Below are positions 10,401 to 24,490 of a DNA stretch of 64,000 nucleotides, in pieces. The number at the start of each line of letters is the position of its first letter. Position 1 is the first letter of the stretch. Location: contig OZ024743.1 of NCBI GenBank assembly GCA_964016885.1, positions 24,676,001 through 24,740,000 on the forward strand. The letters are read 5' to 3'. This DNA is from Eledone cirrhosa (Eukaryota). A model generated the notes under the pieces. The model was given only the letters and a program-made list of their open reading frames with translations. It had not been told where the DNA came from and ran no database searches. Both the position numbers and the translations under genes were made by a program.

Positions 10401-13349
10401 TCCCTCCTCAATCATCCCAACCTTGTTTGCTGTAGTTAAATGTGCTGACAGTTGGTTCTGTCCCTCCTCAGTCATCCCAACCTTGTTTGCTGTAGTTAAC
10501 TGGGCTGACAGTTGGTTCTGTCCCTCCTCAGTCATCCCAGCCTTGTTTGCTGTAGTTAACTGGGCTGACAGTTGGTTCTGTCCCTCCTCAGTCATCCCAA
10601 CCTTGTTTGCTGTAGTTAACTGTGCTGACAGTTTGTTCTGTCCCTCCTCAGTCCTCTCAACCTTGTTTGCTGTAGTTAACTGTGCTGACAGTTTGTTCTG
10701 TCCCTCCTCAGTCCTCTCAACCTTGTTTGCTGTAGTTAACTGTGCTGACAGTTTGTTCTGTCCCTCCTCAGTCCTCTCAACCTTGTTTGCTGTAGTTAAC
10801 TGTGCTGACAGTTGGTTATGTCCCTCCTCAGTCATCCCAACCTTGTTTGATGTAGTTAACTGTGCGGACAGTTTGTTCTGTCCCTCCTCAGTCATCCCAA
10901 CCTTGTTTGCTGTAGATAACTGTGCTGACAGTTGGTTCTGTCCCTCCTCAGTCGTCTCAACCTTGTTTGCTGTAGTTAACTGTGCTGACAGTTTGTTCTG
11001 TCCCTCCTCAGTCATCCCAACCTTGTTTGCTGTAGTTAACTGTGCTGACAGTTGGTTCTGTCCCTCCTCAGTCATCCCAACCTTGTTTGCTGTAGTTAAC
11101 TGTGCTGACAGTTGGTTCTGTCCCTCCTCAGTCATCCCAGCCTTGTTTGCTGTAGTTAACTGGGCTGACAGTTGGTTCTGTCCCTCCTCAGTCATCCCAA
11201 CCTTGTTTGCTGTAGTTAACTGTGCTGACAGTTGGTTCTGTCCCTCCTCAGTCATCTCAACCTTGTTTGCTGTAGTTAACTGTGCTGACAGTTGGTTCTG
11301 TGCCTCCTCAGTCGTCTCAACCTTGTTTGCTGTAGTTAACTGTGCTGACAGTTTGTTCTGTCCCTCCTCAGTCATCCCAACCTTGTTTGCTGTAGTTAAC
11401 TGGGCTGACAGTTGGTTCTGTCCCTCCTCAGTCATCCCAACCTTGTTTGCTGTAGTTAACTGTGCTGACAGTTTGTTCTGTCCCTCCTCAGTCATCTCAA
11501 CCTTGTTTGCTGTAGTTAACTGGGCTGACAGTTTGTTCTGTCCCTCCTCAGTCATCTCAACCTTGTTTGCTGTAGTTAACTGGGCTGACAGTTGGTTCTG
11601 TCCCTCCACAGTCATCCCAACCTTGTTTGCTGTAGTTAACTGTGCTGACAGTTTGTTCTGTCCCTCCTCAGTCATCTCAACCTTGTTTGCTGTAGTTAAC
11701 TGGGCTGACAGTTGGTTCTGTCCCTCCTCAGTCATCCCAACCTTGTTTGCTGTAGTTAACTGTGCTGACAGTTTGTTCTGTCCCTCCTCAGTCATCTCAA
11801 CCTTGTTTGCTGTAGTTAACTGGGCTGACAGTTGGTTCTGTCCTTCCTCAGTCATCCCAAACCTTGTTTGCTGTAGTTAACTGTGCTGACAGTTGGTTCT
11901 GTGCCTCCTCAGTCGTCTCAACCTTGTTTGCTGTAGTTAACTGTGCTGACAGTTTGTTCTGTCCCTCCTCAGTCATCCCAACCTTGTTTGCTGTAGTTAA
12001 CTGTGCTGACAGTTGGTTCTGTCCCTCCTCAGTCATCCCAACCTTGTTTGCTGTAGTTAACAGTGCTGACAGTTGGTTCTGTCCTTCCTCAGTCATCCCA
12101 AACCTTGTTTGCTGTAATTAACTGTGCTGACAGTTGGTTCTGTGCCTCCTCAGTCGTCTCAACCTTGTTTGCTGTAGTTAACTGTGCTGACAGTTGGTTC
12201 TGTCCCTCCTCAGTCATCCCAACCTTGTTTGCTGTAGTTAACTGTGCTGACAGTTGGTTCTGTCCCTCCTCAGTCGTCCCAACCTTGTTTGCTGTAGTTA
12301 ACTGTGCTGACAGTTGGTTCTCTCCCTCCTCAGTCATCTCAACCTTGTTTGCTGTAGTTAACAGTGCTGACAGTTGGTCCTGTCCCTCCTCAGTCGTCCC
12401 AACCTAGTTTGATGTAGTTAACTGTGCGGACTGTTTGTTCTGTCCCTCCTCAGCCATCCCAACCTTGTTTGCTGTAGTTAACTGGGCTGACAGTTGGTTC
12501 TGTCCCTCCTCAGTCATCCCAACCTTGTTTGCTGTAGTTAACAGTGCTGACAGTTGGTTCTGTCCTTCCTCAGTCATCCCAAACCTTGTTTGCTGTAGTT
12601 AACTGTGCTGACAGTTGGTTCTGTGCCTCCTCAGTCGTCTCAACCTTGTTTGCTGTAGTTAACTGTGCTGACAGTTGGTTCTGTCCCTCCTCAGTCATCC
12701 CAACCTTGTTTGCTGTAGTTAACTGTGCTGACAGTTGGTTCTGTCCCTCCTCAGTCGTCCCAACCTTGTTTGCTGTAGTTAACTGTGCTGACAGTTGGTT
12801 CTCTCCCTCCTCAGTCATCTCAACCTTGTTTGCTGTAGTTAACTGTGCTGACAGTTGGTTCTGTCCCTCCTCAGTCATCTCAACCTTGTTTGCTGTAGTT
12901 AACAGTGCTGACAGTTGGTTCTGTCCCTCCTCAGTCGTCCCAACCTAGTTTGATGTAGTTAACTGTGCGGACAGTTTGTTCTGTCCCTCCTCAGCCATCC
13001 CAACCTTGTTTGCTGTAGTTAACTGGGCTGACAGTTGGTTCTGTCCCTCCTCAGTCATCCCAACCTTGTTTGCTGTAGTTAACTGTGCTGACAGTTTGTT
13101 CTGTCCCTCCTCAGTCATCCCAACCTTGTTTGCTGTAGTTAACTGGGCTGACAGTTGGTTCTGTCCCTCCTCAGTCATCCCAACCTTGTTTGCTGTAGTT
13201 AACAGTGCTGACAGTTGGTTCTGTCCCTCCTCAGTCATCCCAACCTTGTTTGCTGTAGTTAACTGTGCTGACAGTTGGTTCTGTCCTTCCTCAGTCATCC
13301 CAAGCCTTGTTTGCTGTAGTTAACTGTGCTGACAGTTGGTTCTGTCCCT

Positions 13350-16300
13350 CCTCAGTCATCCCAACCTTGTTTGCTGTAGTTAACTGTGCTGACAGTTGGT
13401 TCTGTCACTCCTCAGTCATCCCAACCTTGTTTGCTGTAGTTAACTGTGCTGACAGTTGGTTCTGTCCTTCCTCAGTCATCCCAAACCTTGTTTGCTGTAG
13501 TTAACTGTGCTGACAGTTGGTTCTGTGCCTCCTCAGTCATCCCAACCTTGTTTGCTGTAGTTAACTGTGCTGAGAGATGGTTCTGTCCGTCCTCAGTCAT
13601 CCCAACCTTGTTTGCTGTAGTTAACTGTGCTGACAGTTGGTTCTGTCCCTCCTCAGTCATCCCAACCTTGTTTGCTGTAGTTAACTCTGCTGACAGTTTG
13701 TTCTGTCCCTCCTCAGTCATCTCAACCTTGTTTGCTGTAGTTAACTGGGCTGACAGTTGGTTCTGTCCCTCCACAGTCATCCCAACCTTGTTTGCTGTAG
13801 TTAACTGTGCTGACAGTTTGTTCTGTCCCTCCTCAGTCATCTCAACCTTGTTTGCTGTAGTTAACTGGGCTGACAGTTGGTTCTGTCCCTCCTCAGTCAT
13901 CCCAACCTTGTTTGCTGTAGTTAACTGTGCTGACAGTTTGTTCTGTCCCTCCTCAGTCATCTCAACCTTGTTTGCTGTAGTTAACTGGGCTGACAGTTGG
14001 TTCTGTCCTTCCTCAGTCATCCCAAACCTTGTTTGCTGTAGTTAACTGTGCTGACAGTTGGTTCTGTGCCTCCTCAGTCGTCTCAACCTTGTTTGCTGTA
14101 GTTAACTGTGCTGACAGTTTGTTGTGTCCCTCCTCAGTCATCCCAACCTTGTTTGCTGTAGTTAACTGGGCTGACAGTTGGTTCTGTTCCTCCTCAGTCA
14201 TCCCAACCTTGTTTGCTGTAGTTAACAGTGCTGACAGTTGGTTCTGTCCTTCCTCAGTCATCCCAAACCTTGTTTGCTGTAATTAACTGTGCTGACAGTT
14301 GGTTCTGTGCCTCCTCAGTCGTCTCAACCTTGTTTGCTGTAGTTAACTGTGCTGCCAGTTGGTTCTGTCCCTCCTCAGTCATCCCAACCTTGTTTGCTGT
14401 AGTTAACTGTGCTGACAGTTCGTTCTGTCCCTCCTCAGTCGTCCCAACCATGTTTGCTGTAGTTAACTGTGCTGACAGTTGGTTCTCTCCCTCCTCAGTC
14501 ATCTCAACCTTGTTTGCTGTAGTTAACTGTGCTGACAGTTGGTTCTGTCCCTCCTCAGTCATCTCAACCTTGTTTGCTGTAGTTAACAGTGCTGACAGTT
14601 GGTCCTGTCCCTCCTCAGTCGTCCCAACCTAGTTTGATGTAGTTAACTGTGCGGACAGCTTGTTCTGTCCCTCCTCAGCCATCCCAACCTTGTTTGCTGT
14701 AGTTAACTGGGCTGACAGTTGGTTCTGTCCCTCCTCAGTCATCCCAACCTTGTTTGCTGTAGTTAACAGTGCTGACAGTTGGTTCTGTCCTTCCTCAGTC
14801 ATCCCAAACCTTGTTTGCTGTAGTTAACTGTGCTGACAGTTGGTTCTGTGCCTCCTCAGTCGTCTCAACCTTGTTTGCTGTAGTTAACTGTGCTGACAGT
14901 TGGTTCTGTCCCTCCTCAGTCATCCCAACCTTGTTTGCTGTAGCTAACTGTGCTGACAGTTGGTTCTGTCCCTCCTCAGTCGTCCCAACCTTGTTTGCTG
15001 TAGTTAACTGTGCTGACAGTTGGTTCGCTCCCTCCTCAGTCATCTCAACCTTGTTTGCTGTAGTTAACTGTGCTGACAGTTGGTTCTGTCCCTCCTCAGT
15101 CATCTCAACCTTGTTTGCTGTAGTTAACAGTGCTGACAGTTGGTTCTGTCCCTCCTCAGTCGTCCCAACCTAGTTTGATGCAGTTAACTGTGCGGACAGT
15201 TTGTTCTGTCCCTCCTCAGCCATCCCAACCTTGTTTGCTGTAGTTAACAGTGCTGACAGTTGGTTCTGTCCTTCCTCAGTCATCCCAAACCTTGTTTGCT
15301 GTAGTTAACTGTGCTGACAGTTGGTTCTGTCCCTCCTCAGTCGTCCCAACCTTGTTTGCTGTAGTTAACTGTGCTGACAGTTGGTTCTCTCCCTCCTCAG
15401 TCATCTCAACCTTGTTTGCTGTAGTTAACTGTGCTGACAGTTGGTTCTGTCCATCCTCAGTCATCTCAACCTTGTTTGCTGTAGTTAACAGTGCTGACAG
15501 TTGGTTCTGTCCCTCCTCAGTCGTCCCAACCTAGTTTGATGTAGTTAACTGTGCGGACAGTTTGTTCTGTCCCTCCTCAGCCATCCCAACCTTGTTTGCT
15601 GTAGTTAACTGGGCTGACAGTTGGTTCTGTCCCTCCTCAGTCATCCCAACCTTGTTTGCTGTAGTTAACTGTGCTGACAGTTGGTTCTCTCCCTCCTCAG
15701 TCATCTCAACCTTGTTTGCTGTAGTTAACTGTGCTGACAGTTGGTTCTGTCCCTCCTCAGTCATCTCAACCTTGTTTGCTGTAGTTAACAGTGCTGACAG
15801 TTGGTCCTGTCCCTCCTCAGTCGTCCCAACCTAGTTTGATGTAGTTAACTGTGCGGACAGCTTGTTCTGTCCCTCCTCAGCCATCCCAACCTTGTTTGCT
15901 GTAGTTAACTGGGCTGACAGTTGGTTCTGTCCCTCCTCAGTCATCCCAACCTTGTTTGCTGTAGTTAACAGTGCTGACAGTTGGTTCTGTCCTTCCTCAG
16001 TCATCCCAAACCTTGTTTGCTGTAGTTAACTGTGCTGACAGTTGGTTCTGTGCCTCCTCAGTCGTCTCAACCTTGTTTGCTGTAGTTAACTGTGCTGACA
16101 GTTGGTTCTGTCCCTCCTCAGTCATCCCAACCTTGTTTGCTGTAGTTAACAGTGCTGACAGTTGGTTCTGTCCCTCCTCAGTCGTCCCAACCTAGTTTGA
16201 TGCAGTTAACTGTGCGGACAGTTTGTTCTGTCCCTCCTCAGCCATCCCAACCTTGTTTGCTGTAGTTAACAGTGCTGACAGTTGGTTCTGTCCTTCCTGA

Positions 16301-19300
16301 GTCATCCCAAACCTTGTTTGCTGTAGTTAACTGTGCTGACAGTTGGTTCTGTCCCTCCTCAGTCGTCCCAACCTTGTTTGCTGTAGTTAACTGTGCTGAC
16401 AGTTGGTTCTCTCCCTCCTCAGTCATCTCAACCTTGTTTGCTGTAGTTAACTGTGCTGACAGTTGGTTCTGTCCCTCCTCAGTCATCTCAACCTTGTTTG
16501 CTGTAGTTAACAGTGCTGACAGTTGGTTCTGTCACTCCTCAGTCGTCCCAACCTAGTTTGATGTAGTTAACTGTGCGGACAGTTTGTTCTGTCCCTCCTC
16601 AGCCATCCCAACCTTGTTTGCTGTAGTTAACTGGGCTGACAGTTGGCTCTGTCCCTCCTCAGTCATCCCAACCTTGTTTGCTGTAGTTAACTGTGCTGAC
16701 AGTTTGTTCTGTCCCTCCTCAGTCATCCCAACCTTGTTTGCTGTAGTTAACTGGGCTGACAGTTGGTTCTGTCCCTCCTCAGTCATCCCAACCTTGTTTG
16801 CTGTAGTTAACTGTGCTGACAGTTGGTTCTGTCACTCCTCAGTCATCCCAACCTTGTTTGCTGTAGTTAACTGTGCTGACAGTTGGTTCTGTCCTTCCTC
16901 AGTCATCCCAAACCTTGTTTGCTGTAGTTAACTGTGCTGACAGTTGGTTCTGTGCCTCCTCAGTCATCCCAACCTTGTTTGCTGTAGTTAACTGTGCTGA
17001 GAGATGGTTCTGTCCGTCCTCAGTCATCCCAACCTTGTTTGCTGTAGTTAACTGTGCTGACAGTTGGTTCTGTCCCTCCTCAGTCATCCCAACCTTGTTT
17101 GCTGTATTTAACTCTGCTGACAGTTTGTTCTGTCCCTCCTCAGTCATCTCAACCTTGTTTGCTGTAGTTAACTGGGCTGACAGTTGGTTCTGTCCCTCCA
17201 CAGTCATCCCAACCTTGTTTGCTGTAGTTAACTGTGCTGACAGTTTGTTCTGTCCCTCCTCAGTCATCTCAACCTTGTTTGCTGTAGTTAACTGGGCTGA
17301 CAGTTGGTTCTGTCCCTCCTCAGTCATCCCAACCTTGTTTGCTGTAGTTAACTGTGCTGACAGTTTGTTCTGTCCCTCCTCAGTCATCTCAACCTTGTTT
17401 GCTGTAGTTAACTGGGCTGACAGTTGGTTCTGTCCTTCCTCAGTCATCCCAAACCTTGTTTGCTGTAGTTAACTGTGCTGACAGTTGGTTCTGTGCCTCC
17501 TCAGTCGTCTCAACCTTGTTTGCTGTAGTTAACTGTGCTGACAGTTTGTTCTGTCCCTCCTCAGTCATCCCAACCTTGTTTGCTGTAGTTAACTGGGCTG
17601 ACAGTTGGTTCTGTTCCTCCTCAGTCATCCCAACCTTGTTTGCTGTAGTTAACAGTGCTGACAGTTGGTTCTGTCCTTCCTCAGTCATCCCAAACCTTGT
17701 TTGCTGTAATTAACTGTGCTGACAGTTGGTTCTGTGCCTCCTCAGTCGTCTCAACCTTGTTTGCTGTAGTTAACTGTGCTGCCAGTTGGTTCTGTCCCTC
17801 CTCAGTCATCCCAACCTTGTTTGCTGTAGTTAACTGTGCTGACAGTTCGTTCTGTCCCTCCTCAGTCGTCCCAACCATGTTTGCTGTAGTTAACTGTGCT
17901 GACAGTTGGTTCTCTCCCTCCTCAGTCATCTCAACCTTGTTTGCTGTAGTTAACTGTGCTGACAGTTGGTTCTGTCCCTCCTCAGTCATCTCAACCTTGT
18001 TTGCTGTAGTTAACAGTGCTGACAGTTGGTCCTGTCCCTCCTCAGTCGTCCCAACCTAGTTTGATGTAGTTAACTGTGCGGACAGCTTGTTCTGTCCCTC
18101 CTCAGCCATCCCAACCTTGTTTGCTGTAGTTAACTGGGCTGACAGTTGGTTCTGTCCCTCCTCAGTCATCCCAACCTTGTTTGCTGTAGTTAACAGTGCT
18201 GACAGTTGGTTCTGTCCTTCCTCAGTCATCCCAAACCTTGTTTGCTGTAGTTAACTGTGCTGACAGTTGGTTCTGTGCCTCCTCAGTCGTCTCAACCTTG
18301 TTTGCTGTAGTTAACTGTGCTGACAGTTGGTTCTGTCCCTCCTCAGTCATCCCAACCTTGTTTGCTGTAGCTAACTGTGCTGACAGTTGGTTCTGTCCCT
18401 CCTCAGTCGTCCCAACCTTGTTTGCTGTAGTTAACTGTGCTGACAGTTGGTTCGCTCCCTCCTCAGTCATCTCAACCTTGTTTGCTGTAGTTAACTGTGC
18501 TGACAGTTGGTTCTGTCCCTCCTCAGTCATCTCAACCTTGTTTGCTGTAGTTAACAGTGCTGACAGTTGGTTCTGTCCCTCCTCAGTCGTCCCAACCTAG
18601 TTTGATGCAGTTAACTGTGCGGACAGTTTGTTCTGTCCCTCCTCAGCCATCCCAACCTTGTTTGCTGTAGTTAACAGTGCTGACAGTTGGTTCTGTCCTT
18701 CCTCAGTCATCCCAAACCTTGTTTGCTGTAGTTAACTGTGCTGACAGTTGGTTCTGTCCCTCCTCAGTCGTCCCAACCTTGTTTGCTGTAGTTAACTGTG
18801 CTGACAGTTGGTTCTCTCCCTCCTCAGTCATCTCAACCTTGTTTGCTGTAGTTAACTGTGCTGACAGTTGGTTCTGTCCATCCTCAGTCATCTCAACCTT
18901 GTTTGCTGTAGTTAACAGTGCTGACAGTTGGTTCTGTCCCTCCTCAGTCGTCCCAACCTAGTTTGATGTAGTTAACTGTGCGGACAGTTTGTTCTGTCCC
19001 TCCTCAGCCATCCCAACCTTGTTTGCTGTAGTTAACTGGGCTGACAGTTGGTTCTGTCCCTCCTCAGTCATCCCAACCTTGTTTGCTCTAGTTAACTGTG
19101 CTGACAGTTGGTTCTCTCCCTCCTCAGTCATCTCAACCTTGTTTGCTGTAGTTTACTGTGCTGACAGTTGGTTCTGTCCCTCCTCAGTCATCTCAACCTT
19201 GTTTGCTGTAGTTAACAGTGCTGACAGTTGGTCCTGTCCCTCCTCAGTCGTCCCAACCTAGTTTGATGTAGTTAACTGTGCGGACAGCTTGTTCTGTCCC

Positions 19301-20200
19301 TCCTCAGCCATCCCAACCTTGTTTGCTGTAGTTAACTGGGCTGACAGTTGGTTCTGTCCCTCCTCAGTCATCCCAACCTTGTTTGCTGTAGTTAACAGTG
19401 CTGACAGTTGGTTCTGTCCTTCCTCAGTCATCCCAAACCTTGTTTGCTGTAGTTAACTGTGCTGACAGTTGGTTCTGTGCCTCCTCAGTCGTCTCAACCT
19501 TGTTTGCTGTAGTTAACTGTGCTGACAGTTGGTTCTGTCCCTCCTCAGTCATCCCAACCTTGTTTGCTGTAGTTAACAGTGCTGACAGTTGGTTCTGTCC
19601 CTCCTCAGTCGTCCCAACCTAGTTTGATGCAGTTAACTGTGCGGACAGTTTGTTCTGTCCCTCCTCAGCCATCCCAACCTTGTTTGCTGTAGTTAACAGT
19701 GCTGACAGTTGGTTCTGTCCTTCCTGAGTCATCCCAAACCTTGTTTGCTGTAGTTAACTGTGCTGACAGTTGGTTCTGTCCCTCCTCAGTCGTCCCAACC
19801 TTGTTTGCTGTAGTTAACTGTGCTGACAGTTGGTTCTCTCCCTCCTCAGTCATCTCAACCTTGTTTGCTGTAGTTAACTGTGCTGACAGTTGGTTCTGTC
19901 CCTCCTCAGTCATCTCAACCTTGTTTGCTGTAGTTAACAGTGCTGACAGTTGGTTCTGTCACTCCTCAGTCGTCCCAACCTAGTTTGATGTAGTTAACTG
20001 TGCGGACAGTTTGTTCTGTCCCTCCTCAGCCATCCCAACCTTGTTTGCTGTAGTTAACTGGGCTGACAGTTGGCTCTGTCCCTCCTCAGTCATCCCAACC
20101 TTGTTTGCTGTAGTTAACTGTGCTGACAGTTTGTTCTGTCCCTCCTCAGTCATCCCAACCTTGTTTGCTGGAGTTAACTGGGCTGACAGTTGGTTCTGTC
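13350..20200. repeat. Tandem duplication, unit 3427 bp (57 monomers + 7)
   Basis: ORF pairs 13446/16873, 14013/17440, 14769/18196, 15971/19398 and 16553/19980 all differ by 3427. Private variants GCTGCCAG, AGTTCG, GCTAAC and TTCGCT are in both copies. Confidence 0.93.
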
Positions 20201-22090
20201 CCTCCTCAGTCATCCCAACCTTGTTTGCTGTAGTTAACAGTGCTGACAGTTGGTTCTGTCCCTCCTCAGTCATCCCAACCTTGTTTGCTGTAGTTAACTG
20301 TGCTGACAGTTGGTTCTGTCCTTCCTCAGTCATCCCAAGCTTTGTTTGCTGTAGTTAACTGTGCTGACAGTTGGTTCTGTCCCTCCTCAGTCATCCCAAC
20401 CTTGTTTGCTGTAGTTAACTGTGCTGACAGTTGGTTCTGTCACTCCTCAGTCATCCCAACCTTGTTTGCTGTAGTTAACTGTGCTGACAGTTGGTTCTGT
20501 CCTTCCTCAGTCATCCCAAACCTTGTTTGCTGTAGTTAACTGTGCTGACAGTTGGTTCTGTCACTCCTCAGTCATCCCAACCTTGTTTGCTGTAGTTAAC
20601 TGTGCTGACAGTTGGTTCTGTCCTTCCTCAGTCATCCCAAACCTTGTTTGCTGTAGTTAACTGTGCTGACAGTTGGTTCTGTGCCTCCTCAGTCATCCCA
20701 ACCTTGTTTGCTGTAGTTAACTGTGCTGAGTGATGGTTCTGTCCGTCCTCAGTCATCCCAACCTTGTTTGCTGTAGTTAACTGTGCTGACAGTTGGTTCT
20801 GTCCCTCCTCAGTCATCCCAACCTTGTTTGCTGTAGTTAACTGTGCTGACAGTTGGTTCTGTCCCTCCTCAGTCGTCCCAACCTAGTTTGATGCAGTTAA
20901 CTGTGCGGACAGTTTGTTCTGTCCCTCCTCAGCCATCCCAACCTTGTTTGCTGTAGTTAACAGTGCTGACAGTTGGTTCTGTCCTTCCTGAGTCATCCCA
21001 AACCTTGTTTGCTGTAGTTAACTGTGCTGACAGTTGGTTCTGTCCCTCCTCAGTCGTCCCAACCTTGTTTGCTGTAGTTAACTGTGCTGACAGTTGGTTC
21101 TCTCCCTCCTCAGTCATCTCAACCTTGTTTGCTGTAGTTAACTGTGCTGACAGTTGGTTCTGTCCCTCCTCAGTCATCTCAACCTTGTTTGCTGTAGTTA
21201 ACAGTGCTGACAGTTGGTTCTGTCCCTCCTCAGTCGTCCCAACCTAGTTTGATGTAGTTAACTGTGCGGACAGTTTGTTCTGTCCCTCCTCAGCCATCCC
21301 AACCTTGTTTGCTGTAGTTAACTGGGCTGACAGTTGGTTCTGTCCCTCCTCAGTCATCCCAACCTTGTTTGCTGTAGTTAACTGTGCTGACAGTTTGTTC
21401 TGTCCCTCCTCAGTCATCCCAACCTTGTTTGCTGTAGTTAACTGGGCTGACAGTTGGTTCTGTCCCTCCTCAGTCATCCCAACCTTGTTTGCTGTAGTTA
21501 ACAGTGCTGACAGTTGGTTCTGTCCCTCCTCAGTCATCCCAACCTTGTTTGCTGTAGTTAACTGTGCTGACAGTTGGTTCTGTCCTTCCTCAGTCATCCC
21601 AAGCTTTGTTTGCTGTAGTTAACTGTGCTGACAGTTGGTTCTGTCCCTCCTCAGTCATCCCAACCTTGTTTGCTGTAGTTAACTGTGCTGACAGTTGGTT
21701 CTGTCACTCCTCAGTCATCCCAACCTTGTTTGCTGTAGTTAACTGTGCTGACAGTTGGTTCTGTCCTTCCTCAGTCATCCCAAACCTTGTTTGCTGTAGT
21801 TAACTGTGCTGACAGTTGGTTCTGTCACTCCTCAGTCATCCCAACCTTGTTTGCTGTAGTTAACTGTGCTGACAGTTGGTTCTGTCCTTCCTCAGTCATC
21901 CCAAACCTTGTTTGCTGTAGTTAACTGTGCTGACAGTTGGTTCTGTGCCTCCTCAGTCATCCCAACCTTGTTTGCTGTAGTTAACTGTGCTGAGTGATGG
22001 TTCTGTCCGTCCTCAGTCATCCCAACCTTGTTTGCTGTAGTTAACTGTGCTGACAGTTGGTTCTGTCCCTCCTCAGTCATCCCAACCTTG
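19590..22090. repeat. Tandem duplication, unit 1264 bp (21 monomers + 4)
   Basis: ORF pairs 19665/20929, 19980/21244, 20300/21564 and 20628/21892. CCAAGCTTT and GAGTGATGG are shared. Confidence 0.88.
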
Positions 22091-22529
22091 TTTGCTGTAG
22101 TTAACTGTGCTGACAGTTTGTTCTGTCCCTCCTCAGTCATCTCAACCTTGTTTGCTGTAGTTAACTGGGCTGACAGTTGGTTCTGTCCCTCCACAGTCAT
22201 CCCAACCTTGTTTGCTGTAGTTAACTGTGCTGACAGTTTGTTCTGTCCCTCCTCAGTCATCTCAACCTTGTTTGCTGTAGTTAACTGGGCTGACAGTTGG
22301 TTCTGTCCCTCCTCAGTCATCCCAACCTTGTTTGCTGTAGATAACTGTGCTGACAGTTGGTTCTGTCCTTCCTCAGTCATCCCAACCTTGTTTGCTGTAG
22401 TTAACTGTGCTGACAGTTGGTTCTGTCCCTCCTCAGTCATCCCAACCTTGTTTGCTGTAGTTAACTGTGCTGACAGTTGGTTCTGTCCCTCCTCAGTCAT
22501 CCCAACCTTGTTTGCTGTAGTTAACTGTG

Positions 22530-24490
22530 CTGACAGTTGGTTCTGTCCTTCCTCAGTCATCCCAAACCTTGTTTGCTGTAGTTAACTGTGCTGACAGTTG
22601 GTTCTGTGCCTCCTCAGTCGTCTCAACCTTGTTTGCTGTAGTTAACTGTGCTGACAGTTTGTTCTGTCCCTCCTCAGTCATCCCAACCTTGTTTGCTGTA
22701 GTTAACTGTGCTGACAGTTGGTTCTGTCCCTCCTCAGTCATCCCAACCTTGTTTGCTGTAGTTAACAGTGCTGACAGTTGGTTCTGTCCTTCCTCAGTCA
22801 TCCCAAACCTTGTTTGCTGTAATTAACTGTGCTGACAGTTGGTTCTGTGCCTCCTCAGTCGTCTCAACCTTGTTTGCTGTAGTTAACTGTGCTGACAGTT
22901 GGTTCTGTCCCTCCTCAGTCATCCCAACCTTGTTTGCTGTAGTTAACTGTGCTGACAGTTGGTTCTGTCCCTCCTCAGTTGTCCCAACCATGTTTGCTGT
23001 AGTTAACTGTGCTGACAGTTGGTTCTGTCCCTCCTCAGTCATCTCAACCTTGTTTGCTGTAGTTAACTGTGCTGACAGTTGGTTCTGTCCCTCCTCAGTC
23101 ATCTCAACCTTGTTTGCTGTAGTTAACAGTGCTGACAGTTGGTTCTGTCCCTCCTCAGTCGTCCCAACCTAGTTTGATGCAGTTAACTGTGCGGACAGTT
23201 TGTTCTGTCCCTCCTCAGCCATCCCAACCTTGTTTGCTGTAGTTAACTGGGCTGACAGTTGGTTCTGTCCCTCCTCAGTCATCCCAACCTTGTTTGCTGT
23301 AGTTAACAGTGCTGACAGTTGGTTCTGTCCTTCCTGAGTCATCCCAAACCTTGTTTGCTGTAGTTAACTGTGCTGACAGTTGGTTCTGTGCCTCCTCAGT
23401 CGTCTCAACCTTGTTTGCTGTAGTTAACTGTGCTGACAGTTTGTTCTGTCCCTCCTCAGTCATCTCAACCTTGTTTGCTGTAGATAACTGGGCTGACAGT
23501 TGGTTCTGTCCCTCCTCAGTCATCCCAACCTTGTTTGCTGTAGTTAACTGTGCTGACAGTTTGTTCTGTCCCTCCTCAGTCATCTCAACCTTGTTTGCTG
23601 TAGTTAACTGGGCTGACAGTTGGTTCTGTCCTTCCTCAGTCATCCCAAACCTTGTTTGCTGTAGTTAACTGTGCTGACAGTTGGTTCTGTGCCTCCTCAG
23701 TCGTCTCAACCTTGTTTGCTGTAGTTAACTGTGCTGACAGTTTGTTCTGTCCCTCCTCAGTCATCCCAACCTTGTTTGCTGTAGTTAACTGGGCTGACAG
23801 TTGGTTCTGTCCCTCCTCAGTCATCCCAACCTTGTTTGCTGTAGTTAACAGTGCTGACAGTTGGTTCTGTCCTTCCTCAGTCATCCCAAACCTTGTTTGC
23901 TGTAATTAACTGTGCTGACAGTTGGTTCTGTGCCTCCTCAGTCGTCTCAACCTTGTTTGCTGTAGTTAACTGTGCTGACAGTTGGTTCTGTCCCTCCTCA
24001 GTCATCCCAACCTTGTTTGCTGTAGTTAACTGTGCTGACAGTTGGTTCTGTCCCTCCTCAGTTGTCCCAACCATGTTTGCTGTAGTTAACTGTGCTGACA
24101 GTTGGTTCTGTCCCTCCTCAGTCATCTCAACCTTGTTTGCTGTAGTTAACTGTGCTGACAGTTGGTTCTGTCCCTCCTCAGTCATCTCAACCTTGTTTGC
24201 TGTAGTTAACAGTGCTGACAGTTGGTTCTGTCCCTCCTCAGTCGTCCCAACCTAGTTTGATGCAGTTAACTGTGCGGACAGTTTGTTCTGTCCCTCCTCA
24301 GCCATCCCAACCTTGTTTGCTGTAGTTAACTGGGCTGACAGTTGGTTCTGTCCCTCCTCAGTCATCCCAACCTTGTTTGCTGTAGTTAACAGTGCTGACA
24401 GTTGGTTCTGTCCTTCCTGAGTCATCCCAAACCTTGTTTGCTGTAGTTAACTGTGCTGACAGTTGGTTCTGTGCCTCCTCAGTCGTCTCA
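22530..24490. repeat. Tandem duplication, unit 1083 bp (18 monomers + 3); the same period recurs at ~32080-33740
   Basis: ORF pairs 22553/23636, 22768/23851, 23275/24358 and 32084/33167 differ by 1083. GTAATTAAC and GTTGTCCCAACCATG are shared. Confidence 0.85.

Larger units (their letters stand above)
1..11280. repeat. Satellite subfamily domain A
   Basis: Enriched for CCAGCC (last seen ~11140), GGTTATG/GGTTGTG, CAGTAGG, CAGTGTG, AACCGT and CTCAAACC..TGAT. It lacks the AACAGT and TGTGCCTC variants that appear from ~11300-12060 onward. Confidence 0.8.

Noticed and set aside
16298-16304. Perfect AP-1/GCN4 site TGAGTCA in some variant monomers, and forkhead-like TGTTTAC in others
   Set aside because: Each is a single substitution from consensus spread by block duplication. 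There is no evidence of function.
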